A stretch of DNA of 46,580 nt, the filler included, from Jimgerdemannia flammicorona (Eukaryota): the NCBI GenBank assembly GCA_003990765.1. It is 2 parts of 2 records of this genome, joined end to end, with 100 filler letters (N's around TTAATTAATTAA, not from the genome) between each part and the next. Parts side by side here need not be neighbours in the genome. Positions count along the whole stretch, not along the records: positions 1 to 23,240 come from RBNJ01001132.1; positions 23,341 to 46,580 come from RBNJ01001133.1. The stretch is one strand, 5' to 3'. The notes under the pieces were generated by a model. It made no database searches and was not told where the DNA came from. It saw nothing but the letters and a program-made list of their open reading frames with translations. Shown piece by piece: positions 12,277 to 24,896 of the stretch (position 1 is the stretch's first letter; every line of letters starts with the position of its first letter). The translations under genes and the position numbers were made by a program.

Positions 12277-12606
12277 CTATTTCAATTAGACTTTTAATTA
12301 TATATTTTGATATTATTAATACTGTAATATATGGTATATATGAAATAGAAAGAGAAAATAGATATCTAATTATAATATCTGAATCTGATTTCCTAATTTA
12401 TTATAGTATAGAAATTATCTTTATATGAATATAACCTTTAAAATATTATTAGTAAAACTATTGTTACTTTTGCAAATATTAAAATTTCATAATTGTTGAG
12501 ATTTTACTGATGTTAAATCTTGAAGATTGTTAAGATTTCATAGATATTAAGGATCCACACTTGTGAAAATTGATACATAGGAAATAAAGTTATAACTTTG
12601 CTATCT

Positions 12607-12771
12607 TGTTGAAAAGAAGGATATTTTTATTGAATTTTCATAAGATATATATTACTGATGGATGATATAAAGTCAATGAAATTGCCAGTTTTATGTTGAA
12701 ATATCAAGTTGCTATCTCACTTCTGCTCAATGAAATATGTAAAAAAACAAAAGGGGGATATAAAATATATC

Positions 12772-12843
<72 letters not shown>

Positions 12844-15800
12844 GAATACAGACTAAAGTAAAAAAAAAAAAGTATTGTATAAAATAAATAAAAAGAGCTA
12901 AAACTGCATATAACCCAAATACTAAAATATAAAATTCTATATTTAAGGGATTTTCACAGATCAAAGAGTGTTTTGAAATATCTGAAATATTCACAGTAAT
13001 ACCTATAGAAATATAATATAACTTACTTATATATAAAGAATGCAATATAATGTTATCCACTCATAGATGAGAGATATAACCAATATATATATGGTAAGAG
13101 AGGTTTTTTGCAGCCTGAAAAGTATTCAGTGATCAATCAAGTGTTGATATAAGACCTATTCCTTCAATTACTCAAACTTCAGCTTTGGAAGGGCTTTAAT
13201 AAGTGAATCAGTGGTTATATATCCTGTGGGGATATATTCCAGATATGTATATAGTACTGTTTTTTATGCATTTGCAAATGAAATGATACCATATATTAAT
13301 ATGTTTCATTCTGCTATAGTATACTAGATTCTTGGTGAGCACTATTGTCAATTAGTTATCTTGCTTAATCAGTGTAGGGTTCTCCTGAGTAAAACTCTTC
13401 TTTAATAGTTTATAGAGCCAAATGGCTTTCTTTATTGTCAATGACAATATCTGGTACTCTGCCTGTATTGAGGATATTGCTATAGAACTCTACTTGCATA
13501 TTTGCTATGATATAATAGATCATTTATCAATGTGAAAGAGATATCTGATTGTAGACTAGTGGTTATCTAAGTCTCCAGCTCAGTTAGCATCATATGTATC
13601 AGATAGCTAGATACTGTCATTTTTGCTATTACTCCTACTTATTCTAATATTACTACCCAATATGAGTATATAGTATACTAATCCCTTTAAGTACTTGAAA
13701 ATTCTCTTAACAGCACTCTAATATGAGTTATTGTAGAAGGAGGAATACTGTACCACCTAATTCACAATATATAATATATTGGATCTCATTACTAGTATGA
13801 GATATATATATAAGAGAACTGACTACTTATCTATAGGGAATATTGTAGGTGATATTCTTGGTAGATATATTATTGTTATCTGTCTTAAGCATATTGTTGG
13901 GCTTCTTTAGTTTCATAAAAGTCTCTATTGGAGTGTCAATGGATTTGCAATCACTCATATTAAAGTATTTGAGGATCATTTGAGCATATGTTACTTGCAA
14001 GAGATATATGTTATATATATTTCTATTACATATAATGAATATCTCTAAAAGGAAGGATGTGTCACTCATGTTGATCATCTTGAATTCTTAGCATAGAGTC
14101 TCCTTTACTCTGTTAAGCCTATTCTTACTAGCTATGATGATGATATCATCAACTCATATATCAATGAATACTATGCCATCATTATAATAATAAATATATA
14201 TATAATTATCTACTTTATAATTCTTGAATCTGTTATCAAGAAGTTGTTTATTAATCCTTTTATTTCATAAGTGTGCTGCTTACTTAATGTTATATAGTCC
14301 TTTATATACATAGTTTGCATATGAGCTCACCATTCTGGTTACTGTATAGTTTATATCCTTGTGGTTGATAAACATATAGTTTGGTATCTATATCACTATT
14401 CAGGAAGACTGTCTTAATATCCCTCTGATAGTTCTAGATCATAGTATACCAATTGCAAGGAGTATTCTAAGTGAAGTAAGCTTGAATATTGATGAAAATA
14501 TTTCATCATAATCTATACCATAATCTTACAAATAACCCTTAACAACAAAACAAGCTTTATACTGCTCTACATTACTATTGGTATTATATTTTATCCAATA
14601 TACCCAGTTGGATCTGATTGCTTGATGATTGGGTAGAAGGGATATGAGATCCTATATACCATTCTTAATAAGTGAATCATATTTCTCATCTATTGCTTGT
14701 TTCCATTTCTTGCTATCAAGATTGGTTATAGCTTCATCATATATGCTTGGCTTACCAGAAGATATCACAATATATGTGCATTTGTATACTTTGATATAGC
14801 TTATATGGTTCTTATATTACTATTAAGAGTTTATTGATACATCTTAATAATTTCCCAATTCTGAACAAGTTTCTTAGCAAATGTTGGAGTACTTTGCACT
14901 TATTTACCCTTTGAGGAGATAGAGGATCTCTCATTATTGGAGGATTCACCATCATTATCTTTAATCTCTATTAGCATTTGAAAATAGTTCTGATTAATCA
15001 CTGGAGAGGTGGATGATGGTTGCACTGGTTGTTGCACTTGTGATGACTGAGATTTAGAGGTTTTGACTAGTACTTCCATGCAGATCTCTGAATTATTTTT
15101 TTTTTCTCTGAACAGTACATTATGCAATATAACTATATATTACTTATATAGATCCCACAGTCAATATACTTTGCTGAAATATCTAAGAAGCATGTGCTTG
15201 CTCTCCTTGGGTTCGAATTTATACTAGATAGTATTGCTTTTATTGAGGATATATGTCTCACAACCAAATATGTATAGATGTGATACATCTGACTTAGATC
15301 TACTCTATAATTCTTTAGAGATAAGATCATCATCCCTAAAATGCTTATTATTGCCTGAATCCTTACTTAGCAATCAAGAAATATATCAATTATATATCTA
15401 CATCATAGTGTTTATAGCTTTGGCCTAATAAGAATATAATAATCCAGTAGTATTGATCATCATACATGCAATTTCCACAGCTGTATAGTTAAATTGCTTG
15501 GTCATGCCATTCTGCTGAGGTGTATAGAGAGCCATTGTTTGATGATCTATGCCATACTTTATCAGGAACTGCTTGAACATATGATTGATATATTAATATC
15601 TATTATCTAATTGTATAGTATATATTCTATATCCTGTTTTGTTTTTGGTAATCACTTTGAATTTCTTAAATTTATTCAAAGCTTGCTCTTTACTAATAGA
15701 TAGTATATATATACTTTACATATATTATTGTCAATAAATGTCAGAAAATATCTCTTACTAGAATGTGATAGAGTATGTAATAGCCTACATATATCCATAT

Positions 15801-17875
15801 GTACAAGGTCTAGAATCCTGGATACACACTTTAATTATTCTTTGAATAGTTTTCAAGAAGTCTTGTTTTCCACATATGTTTTGCAAAAATTATTCTCAGA
15901 ATATATATACATCAATCTATTTACAGAGCTATTCCTGATCATTTATTCAAGATTTGTCTTACCTATATATCCTAAGTATTGATGCTATATATTGGATATA
16001 TCAGACATAATTGTTGCATATACTGAGGCTTTTGCACTATTTGGCATACCATTGATCATATAAAGATTACCACATTTTGAGGCTATTATTAACCTCTTAT
16101 TATTATATGAATTATATACTATTGTGTTCTTTGAATATATATATATATCTTTGTTGCCATGGGTCATCATTTTGCTTATAGAGAATAGGTTCTTTTCTAT
16201 CTCTGGAATATATAGTATGTCTGCAAGAGTAGTAGTGGCTCAATAATATTTCCATAGAGATATATACTGATATTTCCCTTATATTGAGTATAGATGACAT
16301 TATTATCTCTCAACTTGATGGGTACAGAGTGTTCAAACAGTTAATATATAGAGAACTATTTCCTGTATAGTGTCATATATTGCATAGCTCTAGAATTCAT
16401 TAACCAGATATTGTTATTGTTAGCTACATTGGTATATTCACTATATGTATAGCTAGGCATATAGTTGGCAGGTTTTCTATCAGTGCTGCTGGCAGTACTG
16501 ATGTCATCACTACTTTTTATTAGATGAAAAGTATTTAGCTTTCACTATTAACCAGAATTCATATATAATAGATTGGTGAATTTGGCAGTAGATCTTGTAC
16601 TAACAGAACTGGTGCTGTTATAATTGGCAGTAGATTTGGCAGGACTTTTGGATCCAAAATTGTCATTTTTATTAGGATTCATAGATGTGGAGGGACTGGC
16701 AGCTTGTACAAAAAATAGATTACTACTTTGATCAGTTTTAGTAGTATTTGCATTACTATATTTTCCTTGATAGTTTCTGCTATTTCTATATTGCCAATGC
16801 TGGTTTTTTCTGTACTTATTTTCACTGCTTTCCTTGTCATTCTCCTGGTAATAACATTGGTGCTTCCTATGTCCATACTTGCTATAATATTCACACTAGC
16901 TATCATACTTAGCTAATTAGCTGGACTGGTGGTTGTATTGTTAAGCTTGGATTTGGAATCATCAGTCTTATTGACTGTATTTTCGACCTCATTTGGCACT
17001 ACATCTACAGGATCTATAGAATATGTTTTTATTATCATTAGTACTATTTCCTTAGTATATTTCCTCATTCATGAGGCTCATTATTATATAGATATAATTC
17101 AAGAGTCTACCACTCTCATATAAGACTATCATAATGATATGATATATCTTGGAGAGGTTTCTTATAAGAGTCAGAACTTTGTCTTCATTACTTATATATT
17201 GTGCTGATATACTAAGTGAATTCACCTGATTCATCAGATTATCAATACAACTGATATATTCATAGATGGTCTTCTTTGGCTTCATTTATAGATTGAATAG
17301 CTGAGTTTTCAGATAGAATCTGTTTGATATAGATATTTGCATATGATGATTGCATAGTGTCTCCCACATCATAACATGCATTATGAGTTTTATTTATAAG
17401 TTTGACAATGGAAATATGATCTCATATAATACTTAGTGATCATTTGTGAAGTTATAGTCTTAAATCTGTGCTTATGGCCTTGTATACTTGGTCAAACTGC
17501 ATTCATTAAGAAAATTCATCATATGGAATGTCCAGATAGTATAATCTTTCCTGTCAAAGATCAGGATGGACCTCTTGACTATATTTACACTTATGATGAG
17601 GACTGCTCCTATTACTAGAGTACTTAAGGTTAGTATATCTATATTGCTGAATTGTTCATTGCTTGACATTTTTAGTGTATATATTGTATAGTATATATTT
17701 ATGAAATATATATACTATAGCTGCTTAAAACTAGCAAGGTTCATAATATTTATTAGAAAGAGAGGTGTTTTTATTAAGTTTGTATAGATTGTATATTTCA
17801 TATATTACTGATAGATGATATAAAACTGATAAAATCACTAATCATATATTAATATATTGAGTTACTATCCTAATA
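12607..17875 (-). mobile_element. Ty1/Copia LTR retrotransposon, heavily degenerate
   Basis: Short diverged LTRs 12607-12719 and 17751-17875; 5-bp TSD TATCT/TATTT matching CACCT in the intact C LTR; PBS remnant TATTATGAACC (cf. GGTTATGAGCC half-tRNA-iMet type). Confidence 0.88.
13150..17669 (-). pseudogene. Copia gag-PR-IN-RT-RH remnant
   Basis: Gag FDRKDYTIW and ISNEDKVLTLIRNL; knuckle CEYYSKYGHRKHQC; protease WLMNSRAMQYMT (from WxxDSGAT); integrase LDLVHMDIC, YTPQQNG; RT2 LKYFNMSDCKSIDTP; RNase H KHINIWYHF. Left boundary approximate. Confidence 0.88.
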
Positions 17876-18169
17876 TATTTTATAGCTAGTAAACTTATAT
17901 AAATATCCTAGTATCTAGAGTAAATAAACCTTAGGTCAAAAGAGTTTGGGTCTCACTCTGGTAGCCTGATGAGATCAGATAGATATTACTTATAACTTTA
18001 AGGAGTCAAGAAGAGTTATGAAAATCTGCTGCATTTCTCTAGTTCTATACTTACTATATTATAACTTGGTGTCTAATGGCTAATAATTTAAGATATGATA
18101 AATCCCTCACTTTTAAGCTGAACAACAAATAATTAATATGATCAGTTATCTATACTTATAAATCTGGTA

Positions 18170-19110
18170 GCCATTCTGTGATATACAATTTGCCACTATC
18201 CAACTTTTGAAGATATAATCCATTACCTACACTTGATGAGCCTGGTAGCTATTCTATAATATACAATTTGCCACCACCTAACTTTTGAAGATATGATATA
18301 TCACCCACACTCAATAAGTCTAGAAACTGTCTTGTAATATATAATTTGCTGCTATTTGACTTTTAGAAGAAGCTGCTACCTAACTTTTGAAAGAAGCTAC
18401 CACCTGACTTTTGAAGATATAAATTGTTGTCATCAAACTTTTCATAATATATAAACTGTTGCCAGCTGACTTTTGATAATATATAAACCATTGGCTAACT
18501 TTTGAAGATACAAATCATTACCCAGACTCAATGAGCCTAGAAGCTATCCCATGATATATAATTTGCCACCATCTGACTTTTGAAGATATAAACTATTATT
18601 GTCTGACTTTTAATAATATATGAATTATTATTATCTGACTTTTGAAGATACAAATTATTATCATCCAACTTTTGATAATATATGAACTATTATCATCTCA
18701 CTTTTGATGATATATATGAACCATTATCTGATATGAATTATTACTTATACTCAATAAGTCTAACATCTATCCTGTGATATATAATTTACTATTCTGTAAT
18801 ATATAATTTACCAGCATAAATATGTCATATGATTTACTATTCCATAATATATACTTTACTATCTTGTAACATATGATTTGCCATTCTGTGATATATAGTT
18901 TATTATTCTATGATATATAATTTGCTGCCACCTAACTTTTAAAAGAAGCTGTCATCTGACTTTTGAAGATATAAACTATTGTTGTCTGATTTTTAATAAT
19001 ATACAAACTGTGCTTAAGTTAATTATTTGAAGAATACTGTTAATTTTTGAAGATACCATTATCTAACTTTTGATAACATATGCACTACTATCTGAATTAA
19101 TTATTTGAAG
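18170..19110 (+). repeat. Degenerate tandem arrays inside element C
   Basis: Many copies of ~30-bp (C/T)ATCTGACTTTTGAAGATATAAAC and ~22-bp CTATTCTGTGATATATAATTT units. Confidence 0.75.
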
Positions 19111-20013
19111 ACCTTTTGAAATCTCAAAAAACATTCTGACAATTGCTTGGATATATCATAAATATATCTATATATGGGGAACAAATATATAAATATTGAG
19201 ATATAGAAATTTGAATAGGTATTTTTGTATCAAAAACAACCTATTTAGGGGAAAGATGTAATATATAATATAAAATAGAACAAGAAATAGACATTTGAAC
19301 ATGATATCTGAATCTGATTTCCTGATTTATTATAGTATAGAAATTACCTTTAGAGTAAATATTATATCTAAAACATAATTAGTAAAACTGTTATTACTTT
19401 TACAAATATTAAGATTTTATGATTGTTAAGATTTTACAGATATCAAAGATTTACACTTGTAAAAAGTGACTCACAGGAAATATAGTCATAACTTAGCCAC
19501 CTTATAGTTAGCAAACTTATATAAATATCTCTATATCTAGAATGAATAAATCTCAGGTCAAAAGAGTTTGAGCCTCTCTCTAGTAGTCTGATGAGATCAG
19601 ACAGATACTATTTGTGACTCTGAAAAGTCAAGAAGAGTTATGGAAATCTACTGCATTTTTCTAATTCCATACTCACTACATTATAATATATGTATATGCT
19701 ATATTATATAATAGAGTATATTAAAGATATTATAACTAAACAATAATTAGTAAATCTTATAATCTTTATTATATAGTTAGTATACTAAAATAAAGTAGAT
19801 AATATGAAAAAAGAAGTAATTAATAATATTAATATAATAATAAAGAGATATATATATTATATATATACTTATATATTAACTTAAATAAACTATTATCTCA
19901 ATAAGAGTTATTAATAATTAGTCTCTATTAATAATTATATTACTTTCAATAGCTCTGTCTTTAAGAATACTTCTATCTCTATTATTAATAATTTAATCTC
20001 TATTTATATATAT

Positions 20014-20472
20014 TGTAACATAGTGGATGCTTACTCTTGAAAGTACATCAGATTTCTGTATCTTGAATACTTGACCTTCTCTGACTCCTCGGAGTCCTTG
20101 GGATACAGGGGTGGGTGAGTTTGAAGTGTATCTGCCCACAGGCTTACTAGTTCCTTTGCTATCTCTTTTCTTTTGAACTATTTCGATCTGAGGTTTATTC
20201 ACTCGAAGCTACTGGGTTATTTATACAAGTTTTGCTAGCTATAAGGTGGCTAAGTAGTGAGTCATTTTCTGCAAGTATCGAATCTTTTAACATCTGCTAG
20301 GATTTCGCTGATTGCAAACATTCTAACATCTCCTAAATCTTTGCGAATGTTAAAGTTTCTACACTTCGCAGAATATGACTGCTATTTATATGGCTATACT
20401 ATATTGGGAATCGGATTCAGGTACCATGATCAAATGTCTAATTCCTATTTCGATTTCATACCATACATCACA
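20014..20472 (-). mobile_element. Solo LTR (Gypsy A-like)
   Basis: TGTAAC...ATCACA ends; ATAT on both flanks; minus-strand TGTATAAAT...GAGTGAATAAACCTCAG module as in the family A LTR. Confidence 0.75.
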
Positions 20473-21420
20473 ATATATCTAATAGTAATATTATAACTAA
20501 TAAAATAAGTATATTAACTATAAGTGATATATAATAGAAAAATATTAATAAATAAGATACATATTTTAATTATTAGTATATTGATATTATTACTTTTATC
20601 TCTTATGTAAAAAATATATTATATTATTATCTCTCTAAGCTTCACTATCAACTTCTAGTATTTTATCTTTACTATTATTATTTAGATATAGTAATAATTT
20701 GAAAAATTAAATCTAAAGAAATTAAAAATAAAGAAATTTATAATGAGATAATATATATTTATAAATAAATAAATATATATATATATATATCCTATAAGCA
20801 CTAAGTCCCTTTATTAACTAATCTATAATAAATATAAGATTCTTATACTATACTAGTAGGATTAATCTAATCTCTCTCTATCTTATTCCATTCTAATATG
20901 CTCTCCCCCCCTTATTCTCTTTCTCTTAAAAACTATTAGATTATTGATCACCTCAATTTATTCACTTCTTCTCTCATATATCTCTTCTACCAGATATTAA
21001 TAATAACCTTAAGAACCCCACCTCTTCCACTAACTATATAGAATATCTACTATTAATCTCTCCCATCTCACTATTCTTTTCTCCAAGACCATCTATCTTC
21101 TATTCTTAATTACATATAGTCAGTATCTAGCTATTTTCATTTATACTACTAATATATATTCAAAAGTGAGTCACTTATTATCAATATACTTGACTAACTA
21201 CTCTCTCAAGTTATTCCATCTACTCTCCTCTCTATCTTCTTGCCTCCTCAGACTCCTTTCGCTCAAACCATTCAGAGCAAGCTAAGCCACATAGACATCT
21301 TTTTGTGACAAGCAACATGTTTTCAAGTTTTCCTGTCATCTATTCTGATGTACAAGGTGCGGCAGGAGTCTAGCTACAGCATACAACAAGTCTCATCTGT
21401 TTTAGTGGAGTTTTCGTTAG

Positions 21421-22296
21421 ATGGCGACACTGGGTTCATCAAGCTCTGAGGGTTTAGAGAGAAGGAGGCCTGGCCTGGGTCTCCCCAAGAGTTTCACAGC
21501 GACAGTTGGAGCAGGTGTAGGGGCAAGAGGAGTAGGTGGTCAGGGGAGGCAGGCTGGCATTGAGAGTTGGCACACGGTGATGGGGGGCAGGAGGGCAGCT
21601 ACTAGGCCCATAGAGGTAGGGCAGGAGGGACATAGTATTGACAGGAGTGGAAGTCAGGTGACTGGCCAGGTGATGGGTCAGGTGACTGGTCAGGTGCCTG
21701 CTAGGGGCCAGGGATCTGGAAGTGGTGTGGCTGGGACTGGTATTCCTGGGGCTGGGCCGGTGGCTGGGGTGACTACTGGAGTGTCAGAGAACAAGAAGAA
21801 GGCAACAATGGCAGCTGGTTCTGGTGAACTGGTGGTGTGTCCCTTCTTCCACAAGTCAGTGTCGACGTGGGCCATATCAGCGAATTTTTTGGGGCTGGGG
21901 ATGTCTGCTAGGGAGGTCTTGCAGCTGGTGGGAGAGGAGATTGCAGGGGCAGAGTCACTGAAGTTCATCCCATTAGCTGAGGTAGTTGAGATAGGATTTG
22001 TTGAGGAGGAGGAGATGGTGAAGGCCTTGGAGAAAGAGCTGGTTGTCAAGAGCATCAAGGTTGGCATAGCGAGGTGCCTGAGGTGGGACCCGTGGGCAGT
22101 GCAACTGGTGATTGAAGGGTTGCCGACATTGGGGAGACAGGAGACCAAAGGAATGGTGGCAGAGGTGCTGGGGTCATTTGGCAAGATGGTTGACTTTGGG
22201 TTCATGTTCTGGGAGGGGACTAAGCTGAGGAATGGTAATTGCGAGGTGATGGTGAGGCTGGAAGGCAAGGAGGCCATGGGGCAAGTGAGGGACTAG
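21421..22296 (+). CDS. LINE (L1/Tx1-like) ORF1, 3'-truncated element
   Basis: 291-aa ORF with a disordered Gly-rich N-terminus, then RRM-like LVIEGLP...LGSFGKMV...GTKLRNGNCEVMVRL; the frame continues past TAG as PEVVHIRGQELYI before being cut by repeats at ~22335. Confidence 0.7.
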   Translation: MATLGSSSSEGLERRRPGLGLPKSFTATVGAGVGARGVGGQGRQAGIESWHTVMGGRRAATRPIEVGQEGHSIDRSGSQVTGQVMGQVTGQVPARGQGSGSGVAGTGIPGAGPVAGVTTGVSENKKKATMAAGSGELVVCPFFHKSVSTWAISANFLGLGMSAREVLQLVGEEIAGAESLKFIPLAEVVEIGFVEEEEMVKALEKELVVKSIKVGIARCLRWDPWAVQLVIEGLPTLGRQETKGMVAEVLGSFGKMVDFGFMFWEGTKLRNGNCEVMVRLEGKEAMGQVRD

Positions 22297-22364
22297 CCAG
22301 AAGTAGTTCATATCAGGGGGCAGGAGTTGTACATCGCAACCCGAGCCGACCCGTGTACATATTT

Positions 22365-22575
22365 TACCCGACTCGAAATTATACGTCACCCATCTTTAAC
22401 CTGACTCGGAATTATATGTCACCCATCTTTAACCTGACCCAGAATAATACGTCACCTGTCTTTAACCTGACCCGGAATAATATGTCACCTGTCTTTAACC
22501 TGACCCAGAATTATACATCACCCATCTTTAACCCAACCTGGAAATGTATGACACCCATCTTTAACCTGACCTGAG
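22365..22575 (+). repeat. 33-bp tandem repeat (~6 copies), probably subterminal repeats of a DNA transposon
   Basis: Unit ~CACCCATCTTTAACCTGACCCGGAATTATACGT, followed by shorter TGACCCGA units to ~22645. Confidence 0.8.
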
Positions 22576-22842
22576 AAATATATGTGACCCGACCCGAGAA
22601 ATATGCATGACCCGACTCAAGAAATATACATGACCCGACCCTGACTCATATTTAACCCAACACAGACCCATCTTTAATCCGCCTTCAAGCTACAAGGCAC
22701 CAAAAAAAATATATTGCACATCTAAGATATATATTTAGAATAAACAAACAGAAACATAATTTGGAATCAGAAATCAAAATGAAATCGGAAATAAATAGGA
22801 AGTAAATCAGGAAAATAAAGAACTTACCAGTGTGAACAGATC

Positions 22843-23240
22843 TTACTCTTCATCGCTATAAACCAACTGATCCTCCTCCTCTTCATCACTATAAACCAAC
22901 TGATCCTCCTCCTTCTCATATTCCAAACCATCTTCCTCCATATATTCTGAACCACTTTCCTCTATATCCTCCTCCTCCATATCCTCCTCTGGGCCAACCT
23001 CCTCTGCGCCAACCTCCATTTCGTCCTCTGCACCGACCTCCCCGTGTTCCTCCGCACCGACCTCCCCATGTTCCTCCATGCCGACCTCCCTGTGTTCCTC
23101 CGTGCCGACCTCCCTGTATTCCTCCGCACCGACCTCCCCCGCGCCGACCTCTCCATGTTCCTCCGCACCAATCTCCCCTGTGCCGACCTCTCCATGTTCC
23201 TCCATGCCGACCTCCCCCGTGCCAACCTCCCCCACACCGA
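22843..23240 (-). other. Acidic low-complexity reading frame with 24-bp (EEHGEVG[A/T/M]) repeats, truncated by the gap
   Basis: ORF-track protein ...EEHGEVG...EEEDQLVYSDEE; product unknown. Confidence 0.45.
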
Positions 23241-23340
23241 NNNNNNNNNNNNNNNNNNNNNNNNNNNNNNNNNNNNNNNNNNNNTTAATTAATTAANNNN
23301 NNNNNNNNNNNNNNNNNNNNNNNNNNNNNNNNNNNNNNNN
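23241..23340. other. Scaffold gap with artificial TTAATTAATTAA linker
   Basis: 100-nt N run with a central six-frame stop linker. Confidence 0.97.
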
Positions 23341-23936
23341 ATCTTTGCGAATAGTATCGGCACTTGGCAAATATAAATCATGCTTGAGGAGGCCAAAGAT
23401 GCTGTGCAATTGATCACTCTCGATGGTTGTGAATGGCTGGTCTGTGCACACAATCCAGCGAACGAGCTGATTTCGAAATTCTGCCGAAGAGTATAGCTAA
23501 AATTTTTGATTAAATGGCGTTGTTGGTACAGAAATGGTCAGGCAATCAGATAAACGTACCCACCACAGCTTGGATGTCGATTTTATTTGTCTCTGTATTC
23601 TTTTTGATTTTGTCAGAGTGCTTGTCTTTTATGTGTCGATTCATGTTCGAAGTCGTACCCCCAAGCATTTTGAACTTCTGGCTGGTACAGTTCATGGGGG
23701 CGGATGAAACAATATCATGTGTGTGTCAAACAATATCATGTGTGTGTCAGACAAAGTGTCAATAGGTGCGTCTTAATTTTTTACCTGCAATAATTACAAA
23801 CAACATCATCTTCTATCTTAGTACAATGTTGCCAGATTTCGGAGCGAGAATTGCATGGAAGGTGTGGAACTATCAGGGATGTTTGACTTGAAGCATCATC
23901 GGTACTGTGGACTGTTGAAGACTGATCTGTCGACAT
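23341..23936 (-). CDS. hAT transposase N-terminus (BED finger + dimerisation region), two GT-AG introns, runs into the gap
   Basis: ATG 23936; exon 1 ...RSEIWQHCTKIEDDVVCNYC; intron 23784-23682; exon 2 SQKFKMLGGTTSNMNRHIKDKH; exon 3 LVRWIVCTDQPFTTIE...LPSADTIRKD; no stops. Confidence 0.85.
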
Positions 23937-24021
23937 GTGTGTTTGCATGTTTGCGTGTACATGTGTATGTATGTGTGTGTGTGTGTTGTGTTGTGGATGC
24001 GTCCGGCATATGAGTCATGTG

Positions 24022-24352
24022 GAGGATTTGGATTGGAGGATTCAGTTGAAGGATTCAGATGAGGATTCGGATTGAAGGATTCAAATTGGAGGATTCAAAT
24101 TGGAGGATTCGAATTGGAGGATTCGGATTGAGTGATTCGGATTGAGTGATTCAGATTGAGTGATTCGGATTGAGTGATTCGGATTGAGTGGTTCGGATTG
24201 GAGTAGTACGGATGGGTGATTCAGATGGGTGATTCGGATGGGGCGATTCGGATGGGGTGATTCGGATTGAGTGATTCGGATTGAGTGATTCGGATTGGGG
24301 TGGTTCGGATGGGTGATTTGGATGGGGCGATTTGGATGGAGTGATTTGGATT
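24022..24352 (+). repeat. 14-bp tandem subterminal repeat of the hAT
   Basis: Over 20 copies of GGATTGAGTGATTC-like units. Confidence 0.9.
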
Positions 24353-24456
24353 AAATTCGAGTTGATCCGGATGGCTTCGGATTTGAGATTCGAATCAAAC
24401 CGTCATGTGATGAATCGAATCCGGATTTGATTCAAATTGACTCATTCGGAGCACTA

Positions 24457-24639
24457 ACTACACTAATGAAGCTTTGAACTTCTTGTACAGTACTATTGAA
24501 GGTAGATAGGCTCAGATTTTTGGTAGATCAGTTCTGTTCAGCTAAGGCAGTAATGGTTGCTACCATTATTGCTACCTGGGCTGTGAGGTCTAGAATCTGT
24601 TGGTTCACTATATTATTTACTGGAGGTAGTTGGACTACT
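24457..24639 (-). pseudogene. Family B gag fragment (copy B1)
   Basis: Matches B3 ~35485-35668 (NQQILDLTAQVAIM); bounded by the hAT terminus and the B2 LTR. Confidence 0.9.
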
Positions 24640-24721
24640 TGTAAGTACACAACCTCCAAGCCACTGAAATTATATGTCACTCTCTGAACAAATCTGGAAA
24701 TCACCTGCTTGATCACAAAGC

Positions 24722-24827
24722 TGAGTCAAACCGAAGTCACAGCGCACAAAGCTGAGTCAATATGAAGTCACAGAACACAAGATTTATACAAATGGAATCT
24801 TACCAATCAGGATCAAATGCATATATA
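24722..24827 (+). promoter_or_regulatory. Putative promoter of the LTR-embedded gene
   Basis: TGAGTCA at 24722 and 24753, CCAATCA ~24803, TATATA 24822; G-poor leader ending in CAAAC-ATG; conserved in all three B LTRs. Confidence 0.55.
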
Positions 24828-24896
24828 CCAAGCACTGAGATGTATCGAATCAGAGAATCAAAACAAACAACAACCACAACTTCTAAACATACAAAC

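Larger units (their letters stand above)
12323..19685 (+). mobile_element. Non-autonomous LTR element (TRIM-like) 'C'; 5' LTR interrupted by a Copia
   Basis: 12323-12606 joined to 17881-18063 reconstitutes a copy of the LTR at 19257-19685; PBS-like TGGTGTC (~18067); PPT AGGGGAAAGA (19247-19256); flanks ATAC/ATAT (4-bp TSD with one transition); ~1.2-kb non-coding interior. Confidence 0.8.
23341..24456 (-). mobile_element. hAT DNA transposon, 5' part
   Basis: Terminus TAGTGCTCCGAATGAGTC at 24456, abutting family-B gag sequence; subterminal repeats; BED-finger transposase. Confidence 0.85.

Noticed and set aside
12773..12871. Long poly(A) and poly-Lys/poly-Phe ORFs
   Set aside because: No TSD or element body seen; fits a T-rich Copia 3' UTR; the ORFs are homopolymer artefacts
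17960..18030. CTGATGAG…GAAA as a hammerhead ribozyme in the C LTR (also ~19588)
   Set aside because: Could not build stem II closing onto GAAA or stems I/III in either copy
20790..21250. Purine-rich minus-strand tract as a LINE 3' remnant
   Set aside because: Too degenerate to recover any diagnostic motif
21690..22277. 195-aa Ser/Thr-rich minus-strand ORF, and similar antisense ORFs over gag-pol and the B-LTR gene
   Set aside because: Shadow frames of the sense-strand coding sequence
23241..23340. TTAATTAATTAA palindrome within the Ns
   Set aside because: Artificial scaffold linker; adjacency across it is not reliable
22365..24352. 33-bp, 24-bp and 14-bp arrays as CRISPR-like
   Set aside because: Head-to-tail repeats without unique spacers, eukaryotic transposon context, no cas genes
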